Part shown: positions 14,526 through 24,857 of the stretch, piece after piece
Layout of the letters: each line of letters opens with the position of its first letter
How positions within the stretch are numbered: position 1 is the stretch's first letter
NCBI GenBank assembly: GCA_951406725.2
Contig: OX597834.1
Location: 34,844,001-34,908,000, forward strand
Direction: 5' to 3'
Source: Octopus vulgaris
Lineage: Eukaryota
Length of the DNA stretch: 64,000 bases
Made by a program: the position numbers and the translations under genes
Notes under the pieces: model-generated
Seen by the model: only the letters and a program-made list of their open reading frames with translations
The model's database searches: none
What the model was told of the DNA's origin: nothing

Positions 14526-14763
14526 TTTACATATACACGCACCCACTCACACACAGACATATATACATACACACACATATATATATATATATATGTATGT
14601 GGTTGTCTTTTTGTTTATGTGTTGAAATGGCAATATTGGACAGTCCCCAGTTGCTCTCGTGAGTGGATTCCATGGAGGAGAGAATAATTAAAGAAATGCC
14701 ATGTTTTCCATGAAATGAACCTGCCATTTACCATCAGCATCAAAACAAAATGGTATGGAGCAC

Positions 14764-14800
14764 CTGTAGCAAGAAGAGAGAGAGAGAGAGAAGAAGAAGA
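14764..14800 (-). other. Candidate 3' splice acceptor of a Kir 3' UTR exon (exon starts at 14763; end unknown)
   Basis: Minus strand ttcttcttcttctctctctctctctcttcttgctacAG|G is a long polypyrimidine tract plus CAG. AATAAA on the minus strand at 14340-14335 and 14268-14263. Pairing with the 24849 donor (~10 kb intron) is inferred. Confidence 0.5.
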
Positions 14801-15004
14801 ATTAAAAATAACAATAATACTGTAATTGAAACAAGACAAAATGCTAACATTTCACCAAATTCTCGTAATTTTCTTCTGTCTTCACATTTTTATATTAATT
14901 GTTAGCAAAGATACAGTATTTTGTTTTGCAACCACAATATACTACGAAGTATATTAAAGGTTTACAAGTCAATATAGTGCTTTACAGTTGAGGAGTTGGA
15001 TGTG

Positions 15005-15045
15005 GTACTGATGAAAGAGCAATAACTCTTGAAATACGCATATAC
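15005..15045 (+). ncRNA. Minimal hammerhead ribozyme core
   Basis: GTA-CTGATGA-AAGAG(CAATAA)CTCTT-GAAA-TACGCAT-A-TAC: perfect 5-bp stem II, 2-bp stem III, AUA triplet, 3-bp stem I. Confidence 0.5.
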
Positions 15046-15329
15046 ACTCACAACCGATTTTTTCTATCTTTAATTGCATTGTTTACACAAATGTATACAT
15101 ATACAAAATGTTGTAACTTTCAATACTGGCTCTGAATTCTATAGAAAATCAGTAGAGCTAAACACATTTTTATAATGAGAAGGCAACATATGGCCATTTT
15201 AAGGTCTCAAAATATTTACTCCTTAAGATTAGGTGCAGGCACTCTCCTCACCTATATATATATATATTTTACATACAAACAAAGGGAAGTTAAACATTAT
15301 CCGCCCTTTTGCCATAACATATTTTTATT

Positions 15330-15956
15330 ATTGTCACACTACCTTCTGAGTATGTGTGCTCATAGTTGGTACTATTGTGGTCACATGATTGAAGTTTGAG
15401 CCTGATTGTAGCAGTTTTCTTTCTGGATTTACAGTGTAAGCATGGCCACTCCACTAGCAATGTGCACCAAAGAAGAACAAAGAACAGTGATCAGATTTCT
15501 CTGGGAAAGGGTGTACGATCGACGGTGCACGATACAGTGCTTTGCTGGCCAACAAACTGAAGCCAGCAATTCACACCAAGTGCCAAAGTCTATTATCTAA
15601 GAAAGTTTTGTTGTTGCATGACAATGCATGTCCACACATGGCCACCCAGACCATTGAAACCATTAACCAAATGGGTTTTGAGGTGCTGGAACACCCTGCC
15701 TACAGCCCAGATCTTGCTCCTTCTGAGTATCATATCTTTGGACTGCTCAAAGATGGTTTATGAGGATGTTGCTTTCCTGCAGATGAAGATGTGGAGAAAG
15801 TGGTGCATAAATGGTTGCCTTGTCCAACCCAAAGCCTTCATCTTGGAGAGAATACACAAACCGGTGGACCGCTGAAGCAAGTGCATCGAAAAGGAAGGAA
15901 ACTATATAGAAAAATGCTGTACTTGTTTATCCCCTGCTTTTTGACTCACCCTTGTA
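15330..15956 (+). mobile_element. Internally deleted mariner transposon remnant
   Basis: N-terminal MATPLAMCTKEEQRTVIRFLW from 15442; ORF 15542-15763 has LLHDNACPH...HPAYSPDLAPSEYHIFG (mariner YSPDL motif); right end TTTTGACTCACCCTTG-TA. Left boundary approximate. Confidence 0.85.
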
Positions 15957-16074
15957 TATGTGCGTGTGAGAGCTAGAGAAATAGGGATGCACTGATGCAA
16001 GTGATATTCATCAGAGAATTAATATATGTATTTAAGGTTAAATGGCTTAGTGTAAGAGTGCCTTATCATAGATC

Positions 16075-16425
16075 TCGTTAACAACTCATCTGTGACTGTC
16101 CCGAATCTAACCTACCCAACTCATGTGAGACTACCCCACAACTGGGCTCATTATCAACTCACTTGAGACTGCTGTAGGCCTAATCTCATCGTACCAATTG
16201 ACCTGACACTTCACCCCAGGTTTCAATACCAACTCACCTGAAACTATCTCGTAACTAATCTCACATTACTAACACACCTGAGATTGCACCATTCTGGTCT
16301 CATATAACCAACTCATCCCAAGTTTTATATTACCACCTCATTATTTAATGTTTTACACCTGGTCTCAAATCAGCAACTCACCTGTGATTGCCTAACCCTT
16401 GGTCTTACGTTACCAACCTACCATC
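16075..16425. repeat. Degenerate minisatellite, ~35-40-bp period, ~10 units
   Basis: Motif caactcacctgagact...ctggtctca recurs at 16082, 16117, 16155, 16195, 16230, 16270, 16309, 16334, 16374 and 16414. Confidence 0.75.
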
Positions 16426-16934
16426 AATTCCATCTCCCCAAAAGTTACCTTAATTAACATGTTCATATTTAAATGAAAATCCAATTAAAAATTCTGTAAT
16501 TACATTAATGATGACAAGAGATCTCAGCAGGTAAAACATTTTGTTTTGTTAAAAACAGCAGATTAATTAACAGATTAATTAACAGATTAATGAATGAAGA
16601 AATCAATGAAGAAAAATTTATGTGGTCACATGACATCTTCAAGAAATCATTAACCAAACCTTCCTGGAATCCTACCCTAATGTCTTAGGTCCTCCTATTC
16701 AAAGGGTATGGGGGCTACCAGAGCTTTCCAGTCTTCAACAAATGCCAGCTCCCCAGCCTTATCCCATCGCTTGCTATCACTAATGAGTTCTTCCTTCACT
16801 ACTGCCAACCATTTCTTCTTTTGACCCCTTTCTTCCTGATACCTTAAGGAGACCACTGGACACATCTGAGTCGAAGTTGGGAGGGATTCATCCTGATCTC
16901 ATACCCAAGGCACTTCACCCTCATGATTTAGTGA

Positions 16935-17490
16935 AGGTGCATGGCTTAGTGGTTTGGGTATTTGAGTCATGATTGTAAAGTTGTGAGTTCAATTCCCGGC
17001 GACACGTCGTGTCCTTGAGCAAGACACTTTATTCCATGCTGCTCCAGTCCACTCAGCAGACAAAAACGAGTTGTACTTGTATTTCAAAGTGCCAGCCTTG
17101 TCACATTCTGTGTCATGCTGTGGAGTGCTCAGCCACTGGCACATTAATTTCATGAGCAATCTGTTTGGCTGATCGGATCAACTGGAACTCTTATCATTGT
17201 AACCGGTAGAGTGCTGTAAGGTCATGAGTTCAATTCCTGGTAGTGTGTTGCATCCCTGAGCAAGACACTTTATTTCATGTTGCTCCAGTTCATTTATCTG
17301 GCAAAAAACCTGTATTTCAAAGGGCCAGCCTTGTCACACCCTGTTGTGCTGATTCTCCCTGAGAACTAAGTTATGGGTATGTGTGTCTGTGGGGTACTCA
17401 GCCACTTGCATGTTAATTTCATAAGCAGACTGTTCTGTTGATTGGATCAGCTGGAACCTTCATCGTCCCAAATGATGGCGTGCCAGTACT
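16935..17490 (+). mobile_element. tRNA-derived SINE, family D, tandem dimer
   Basis: GGTGCATGGCTTAGTGGTT ... GAGTTCAATTCC ... TGAGCAAGACACTTTATT occurs twice. Related copies at ~19900-20120 (-), 41700-42013 (-), 42763-43020 (+) and 52010-52180 (+). Confidence 0.75.
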
Positions 17491-17811
17491 TTCAGGTTGG
17501 TGACAGTCTCTGCATGAAATGTGGTGGGTCTTACACAAGCATCTCTGCTGGAAACTGTTCAGTTTCCTCTCTAGTGCCTTAATCAGGGGTCATGACTCAC
17601 AGCCACAGAGGATGATGCTTAATAACATCTGGGTTTTGCAGCTGGATTTTGTGAATGAGAAGTTTACTTCCTAACCACATGGTTTCAGGTTCAGTCCTAC
17701 CCTGTTGTAAACAAACATCTGGGACAGATATCTGATTAGAAGGTAACTCCCTTTTTTTTCCAATAATGAATCTTTGTAAGGGATCATAGTGTTGCTTTCA
17801 TGTGATTAAAT

Positions 17812-18108
17812 CAGTGCTTATCAACCAGGGTCCATATGGCCCTTGTGGGTCTATATAGCCCATGAGTGTCCATTTTGCCTTTGGGTGCATATTGCCCTTG
17901 AGGGCCCATATAAAATTTTGTTAAAATTTATTTATGTGTAATGAATTGGTTACACTTCAACAATATACAAAATATTTTAATTATTTTTATACAATTCTTA
18001 ATAATATTTAATTATAAAATATAATAGGAATCTTTTAACATTGAATGGCTGGAGGGGTCCATCTGAATAAAAGGTGTCCATAGGTAGAAAATTGTTGAGA
18101 AAAACTTA
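17812..18108. mobile_element. Degraded hAT-type MITE
   Basis: CAGTGCTTATCAAC ... GTTGAGAAAAACT ends; possible TSD gattaaat/gactaaac (6/8). Confidence 0.55.
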
Positions 18109-18584
18109 GACTAAACCATTAAAAGCAAAACAAAAACGACATATTACCCATCCATCCTTTTACAGTATATGATCAGTATTCTAACACTGATTAGATTGTC
18201 TTTGATTTTATGTTGCTGTTGTTCTTTAGCCCTAGGTCAACCCTCAATGAGCACACATATGATGAAAGGAATTCAAGCTAGGATCATCATATATTTTTCT
18301 CAGGTGCAGCATACATAGAATTACAATTACCCAAAGGGGCCTTTAGCCTAAACTCATGTATAACGTCATAGTTTTTCCCATTTTTTAAGGAAAGCAACAT
18401 AAAATCCAACATAAATACTTACCTTCATCACAAATATATAAAACTTAAACTCAGAATATATGTTATATGGAAAATTGCAGACCGTCAAATACTGGTTTTG
18501 GTGACATCATAAAAATTTTTATAAACTTTAGAGAGAACATGAAATAATACTTTTTTGTAATGGTGAATCTTGATTTACATAAGG

Positions 18585-18711
18585 CTATAAATAATAACAT
18601 GTACATACTGGACTGAAAAACCCTTTGGATAGAGAAGGTCACAGGCTACCCTTTGACCTTTTCTATCTATAAGGGTTTTTCAGCCCAATATTTACATGTT
18701 ATTATTTATAG
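18585..18711. repeat. Imperfect ~125-nt hairpin
   Basis: ctataaataataacatgt...aaaaaccctt..gatagagaaggtca pairs with tgaccttttctatc..aagggtttttcag...acatgttattatttatag; 12-nt loop. Confidence 0.85.
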
Positions 18712-18746
18712 ACTAATGTGGATTGAAACCTACTGTTTTTGTTGTA

Positions 18747-19692
18747 TAACTTTTTTGATACCGACCCAGCTGAAACCACTTCTGGCTCTGTAGTACAAAT
18801 GCCTTGTTTTCATAAGTTTTGAATAAAAATCTTTCACGAAGCCTAAGTTATTTTACTGAATTCTTTGTTATATCTAAAATTAATTGAAAGAAACACAGCG
18901 CATCTCAAAATAAATACGGTAACGAAAGGGTTAAATTCATTCTTTAATATTATACTTTTAACTCTTTGATACAAACCCACTTGAAGTTTTCCTTGGTTCT
19001 GTGATAGAAATTTCTTGCCTTAAAATGATTTAAATTAATATCTTACATGAAAATTTCATGTTAACCCATTAGCATTTAAACTGGCCATATCCGGCCAAAA
19101 GTATTCTGCCTGTTTTATGTTCAAACTGGCCAGATCTGGTCTCTCACACCAACCCTACAATATTGTTTTAAAAATTAACAGCTACCTCATCAAAATCTCA
19201 TAGCTACAAGATAATGCATGATCAGTTCAAAACAATGTGGATAAAAAAGCATCAATTTGGGTAGAATAATGTGAACCTTAAAGGGTTAATTTGTTTCAAA
19301 CACAAGCTTAAAAATGACAGATTTATTTTACAAAATTAACTCAAACAAAGCATATTTCAACAGAAATATGGTAAGAAACAGCTTAAAGTGATCTAAATTA
19401 TAACGTTCCCTTAAAATGCCAAGCCAACTTAAGCACAAAACATCAGCTTTAATAATTATAAAGTTATTTGACAAAATTCTGTATCATTTTCCGAATTAAT
19501 TGAAATCTAAATATATGAATAAAAGGGTTAAAGTGATCTAAATTAAGACCTGCCATCAAAATTCCAGGATAATTTAGGTTCCAAATACCAGATTAATAAT
19601 GATAATTATTTTAGTAAATTCTTCATAATTTACAAAATTATTTGAAACAAAGGCAGTGTATTTCAGTAGAAATATAATTGCAAAAAGGTTAA
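18747..19692 (+). mobile_element. Cluster of TTAA-type MITEs, family 2 (tandem and nested)
   Basis: Repeated 5' ends TAAC..TTTGATAC (18747, 18958) and 3' ends AAAGGGTTAA-like (~18934, 19386, 19531, 19692); reverse copies at ~46130-46343 and ~63679-63800. Confidence 0.6.
19065..19285 (+). mobile_element. piggyBac-type (TTAA) MITE, family 1
   Basis: TTAA-CCCATTAG ... TAAAGGG-TTAA; related copies at 4553-4743 and 63805-64000 (reverse, cut by the window end). Confidence 0.7.
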
Positions 19693-21489
19693 TGATTCAT
19701 TTACAAGTCAATTATCAAAATATGTTAATTGTAAATCCCATCATTAACTCTAAGTAAATGAACCCTTTATTGACGAAATGGAAAAAACCAGTGAGCTATT
19801 ATTATCAAGCATTATCACTGCACAACTATAATAAGGTGGTGAACTGGTAGAATCATTATTGCACCAAACAAAATGGTTAGTCCACATTACTCTGCAAGGT
19901 GCATAGAACCGGTTTCCTGGTTTCTATGGTGAATATATTCCTTCTTGGATGGGACACCGGTCTGTCACACGATTACTCATTTTTGCCAGCTGAGTGGACT
20001 TGAGCCACATGAAATGAAGTGTTTTGCTCATGAACACAACACGTTGCCTGGTCCAGGAATCGAAACTACAATCTTACGATCATGAGTCCAGCACCCTAAC
20101 CACTAAGCCGTGTGCCCCCACACTGGGCAAAATGCTTAAAGGCATTTCAGCTGGCTCTTTGTGTTCCAAGTTCAAAATCCACTGAAGTTGAATTTGGAGC
20201 TCATCCTTTTGAGGTCAATAAAATAAGTACCAGTTGACCAACAGGGTCAATGTAATCTCCTTTTACTCTCCTCAAAATTGCTGGCCTTGTGCTAAAACTA
20301 GAAAGATTAACATTGCACCATATTACAGGGGCAAGCTGTCAACATTGCTGAAGCATCAGACAAAACACCATTCAATATCGCTTTTGGCTCTTTATGTTCT
20401 GAGTTCAAATCCTATTTAGGTCAGCTTTGCCTTCATCTTTACGGAGTCAATAAAATAAAGAACCCACCAAGTACTGGAGGCGATGTAATTGAGTAAACCC
20501 CTTTTCCCTAAAATTGCTTGCCTTGTGCTAAAATCTGAAACAGTTATTTCTACAACCTTATCAGCCTTGCCTTCATCCTTGTCGGGGTTGATAAGATAAT
20601 ATACTGGTCAAGTACTGGGGTCAATGTAATCAACTAAAGCCCTTTTTTCTCTCTTTTTCTCTTTACTCTTTTACTTGTCGCAGTCATTTGACTGTGGCCA
20701 TGCTGGAGCACCACCTTTTAGTCAAGCAAATTGACCCCAAGACTTATTCTTTGTAAGCCTAGTACTTATTCTATTGGTCTCTTTTACCGAACCGCTACGT
20801 TACGGGGACGTAAACACACCAACGTTGGTTGTCAAGGTGTATTATCCTTCCCTCTCGGTTCTGAGGCATGACCAGTACTTTATTTTATCGACCCTCAGAA
20901 TGATGAAAAAGTGGAAAATATTGACCACAGTGGGTTTTGAACTTTAGATTGCAAAAGACACTTGGTTAAACATCACGAGGCATCTCCAACCTTGCCTCTC
21001 TAACTAATCTACACACCACCACCACCACCACCACCACCACCTTATGGTACCTGAAGATATTTGTTTGTGTTGGGCTGGAAGCAGAGGCAAGTTTCCAAGA
21101 ACGGAGTCACATGAATCTGAAGTTAATCTTGGAACATTCCGGAACGGCTGGTCGGAGGGAAGTTGGCAACAGGCACAGATGTTCAGGAAATAAGTGTTTG
21201 ACTTGAGGTAGTCTCTTTTTTTTTTTTTTTCCTTTTTACCATATTTTGTTTTTTTGGATGGAATATGGCTGGTTACCAGTACTTTGCAATATTTCACCCA
21301 CTCACATCAATTTACCAATAATTGCTGGCAGACAATCAGATGGTTCTTAGGATTTCCTAATGAATCCTCCCCCCCCCACTACCACCACCCAACCCTGCTA
21401 CCCCTCAGGGCGTTTGGGGAAATACTTTTGGACAAATATAGAAATTAGGGCAAATTAATGAGCAGTCCATTCTTCATCTCTCTCTGTCA

Positions 21490-21530
21490 TATATATACAT
21501 ATATATCTACACACACATATATATTTACTA

Positions 21531-21607
<77 letters not shown>

Positions 21608-21630
21608 ATGCATATATATATATATATATA

Positions 21631-21697
<67 letters not shown>

Positions 21698-21925
21698 ATG
21701 TATATATAGATATACACACACATATATATATATAATAGATATATAGATACACACACATATATATATACACACAAACACACACACAAATGCATACATAGAC
21801 ATACATGGATGTGTGTGTCCGTGTATGTACACACACACACACACACATATATAAATACATAACGCATATAACATATGCAGAGACATGTATGTATATACAT
21901 GTGTGTGTGTGTGTGTGTGTGTGTA
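21490..21925. repeat. (TA)n/(CA)n/(TG)n microsatellite cluster
   Basis: Long pure (TA)n runs at 21535-21605 and 21634-21682. Confidence 0.95.
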
Positions 21926-22127
21926 TTTGATTAGAGGATATGTTAACCTTGTGAAGGGATGGTTGCATCCAAGGAAACACTGGTTCAATACGTAGTATTG
22001 TTGGGGAATGGAATTCCATTAAAACAATAGGTATATGAAGCATGTAGTTTATATCCAGTTAAATGAAGAAAAGAAAATAAGGATAAGGAAGTTAATTATT
22101 TATTAGTAACAAATTGGTCCTCTTCAC

Positions 22128-22222
22128 TTCATACAGCTGTTTCGATAAATACTCAATAATTTAATTACAAATTTATGCATTAAACATGCTTTTATGTGAC
22201 ATGAGCGTCATTTCCTCAGAGG
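22128..22222 (-). ncRNA. Degenerate hammerhead ribozyme core with long stem II
   Basis: Minus strand CTGAGGA (22219-13) ... GAAA-CAGCTGT-A (palindromic stem III, GUA triplet); stem I poorly paired. Confidence 0.35.
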
Positions 22223-22282
22223 AAAAAAAAAGATGTTATATTTGGACCTAGCAATTCATTTCTTATTTCTTTTCTTTTAACT

Positions 22283-22676
22283 CTCTTTACTTGTTTCAGT
22301 CATTTGACTGCGGCCATGCTGGAGCACCGCCTTTAGTCGAGCAAATCGACCCCGGTGCTTATTCTTTGTAAGCCCAGTACTTATTCTATCGGCCTCTTTT
22401 GTTGAACCGCTAAGTTACGGGGACGTAAACACACCAGCATCGGTTGTCAAGCAATGCTAGGGGGACAAACACAGACACACAAACATATACACACACACTT
22501 ATATATATATACATATATACGACAGGCTTCTTTCAGTTTCCGTCTACCAAATCCACTCACAAGGCATTGGTCGGCCCGGGGCTATAGCAGAAGACACTTG
22601 CCCAAGGTGCCACGCAGTGGGACTGAACCCGGAACCATGTGGTTGGTTAGCAAGCTACTTACCACACAGCCACTCC
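22283..22676 (-). mobile_element. tRNA-derived SINE, family B, full length
   Basis: Minus-strand head GGAGTGGCTGTGTGGTAAG (A-box) ... GGTTCAGTCCC (B-box), then ACCTTGGGCAAGTG and an internal (TA/TG)n tract. Other copies at ~20660-20836, 24100-24665, 35050-35350, 37940-38090, 45740-46022, 48850-49570, 52950-53270 and 58960-59280. Confidence 0.85.
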
Positions 22677-24313
22677 TGCACCTGGATATTAACTGGATAT
22701 TAATGCTTATGGTTTCTAAGATAGACACAAAGCCTAATATTTTGAGGGGGGGGTGTTAGTTTATTACAGTAACCTCAATAGTTGACAGGAACTTTTTTAT
22801 TGACTTCCCCCAAATGGATGAAAGGTAGAGTTGACCTCGGCAGGATTTGAACTCAGAGCATAAAGAGCCAAAACAACCACTGCACAGTACTTCTGTCCTG
22901 TACTAACGGTTGCACCAAATAATTACAACCAGTCAAGGTTTCACCTTGATCTGTAACAGTTTAGATGAGTCAGTCGGTCTCTAAGATGAAGAATATTCTA
23001 TTTACAACAGACTTTGATCAAAGAATATTCCAACAGGCTGTTTAGGAATGGATATCCAAATTGCTCCAGTATTTTGCCAAACTTCTTAGACAAAACAGAA
23101 ATGTTGTTGTTTATTTTTTTCCTTCTCTTTATTAAATTTAATTTTAAAACATTGGTAAATTTGTTTATTTGTTTGTTTTGGCATCATCCGCTTTCTGAAA
23201 CACTATCAGAATAGAAAAACAACAAAGCAACATCAAACAGCAAAAAGGGAGGGGGAACCCCCTCTGGTGGTGACTCTACCTGTTAGACACAGCAGTCAAA
23301 TCTCACTCATTCTGTGTCATGCTGTGAAGTGCTCAGCCACTTGCACATTAATTTCATGAGCAATCTGTTTGGCTGATCGGATCAACTGGAACTCTTATCG
23401 TTGTAACTGGTAGAGTGCTGTAAGGTCATGAGTTCAATTCCTGGTAGTGTGTTGTGTCCCTGAGCAAGACACTTTATTTCATGTTGCTCCAGCTCATTTA
23501 TCTGGCAAAAAACCTTAGCACCTTAAAGCGGGGGGGGGGGGGGATTTGATAATGGAGTCATTAATACAGTTTCTGTAAAGGCATGAGGGCCACATTGGAA
23601 GGTCTTTGTTCATGGGTCTGCTTGATCAGTGGCTAAACAATAATTAATGCTGTTGCTGCTGCTTCTGCTGCTACTGCTACTACTGTGTAATTGCTGTTGC
23701 TGCTACTACTACTACTATTGCTACTGATGGGATGGTCATGGGTGGAATATCTTTTCTCATGGGTCTGTCTAATCAGGACTGATCTGGAGATTATACAACA
23801 ACAACAACAACATCCTTGGTGGAGGTGGGTGGGTGGGTGAAGATTACAGAGAAAGAAAAAGGAGGCATGGTGAGGGGGGTTGGGGTGGAAAGGCAGAACA
23901 GAAATATAAGGCATGGAGGATCTGTAAAGTGGGGCAGAGAAAATATGTATAGGGATGGGGCGGGATACATTAGTGTTATAGGGTAAGGAAGGAGTGGTGT
24001 GGGGTGGAAGTATGAATAATGCCAGCCCCAGACGTATATGCAGGTTATTATTACTTAACTATTTAAACTTCCTTATGAACATGTGACTCAGTGCTTTTTT
24101 CCTTTATTATTTGTGTTAGTCATGGGACTGTGGCCATGCTGGGGCACAAACTTGTTAGGTTTTAGTCAGACAAATTGGCTCCAAGTACTTATTCTGTTGG
24201 CCTCTTTTGGCAAATTGCTGAACTGCTAAGCTACAGGGACATAACTAAGCCAATACCGGTTGTCAAGTGGTGTGTGTGTGTGTGTGGGGGGTAAAAACAT
24301 ACACACATATATA

Positions 24314-24532
24314 CGAGGGGGTGCTGAAAAGTTCCTGGCTTTTAGGGTGTCACAAAAGGCCCGGTTGGAGGCCCAACATTCTGAGCTCATTTACAGGGCT
24401 TAGCAAAAGTGAAGGACCACTTCAATAAGTGAGTGAATCTGAGAAGGGGAATATGTTGAATAAAATCCTAATTAACTGATCCTTCTGTTATTTTCTTTTA
24501 CCCAAAACCAGAAATGTTCCAGCACCCTCTCA
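24314..24532. mobile_element. Mariner-type MITE nested in a SINE
   Basis: TA-CGAGGGGGGTGCTGAAAAGTTCCTGG at the left end and CCAGAAATGTTCCAGCACCCTCTC at the right end (imperfect TIRs); interrupts a minus-strand SINE spanning about 24100-24665. Confidence 0.7.
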
Positions 24533-24843
24533 TGTGAGTGGTTTCCACACAGTTTCTATCGAGCAAATTCGTTCACAAGGTACTGGCTGGGCCAAGGTGC
24601 TGTGCAGTGGGATAGAAACTGAAACTACAAGGTTGCAAAGAGAGCTTCTTAACTACAAAGTCATGCCTGCTTATAACAGAAACCATAATAAAAATTGGAA
24701 CTTTGCAGTGAAATGAAAACTGACTCAACATTTTGAATTATTGTTCATAGACAAAAACACAAACAAAAAAGAAAAATATATACACATGATCCAAAAATAG
24801 TTGGAAAAGAGAAAAAAATACCAAAAAAAATACCAAAACAAAA

Positions 24844-24852
24844 ACTCACCTT
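24844..24852 (-). other. 5' splice donor 8 nt downstream of the Kir stop codon (3' UTR intron)
   Basis: Minus strand TGA CAAAAAAG|GTGAGT is a consensus donor, followed by T-rich intron-like sequence. Confidence 0.7.
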
Positions 24853-24857
24853 TTTTG

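Noticed and set aside
15720-15730. Mariner third catalytic residue reads E (APSEY), suggesting a novel DD34E mariner
   Set aside because: A single GAY->GAG change in a deleted, decayed copy is the simpler explanation.
16075-16425. CRISPR-like repeat-spacer appearance (also the 26-bp array at 61092-61247)
   Set aside because: Eukaryotic context, degenerate repeats, inter-repeat parts homologous to each other, no cas genes.
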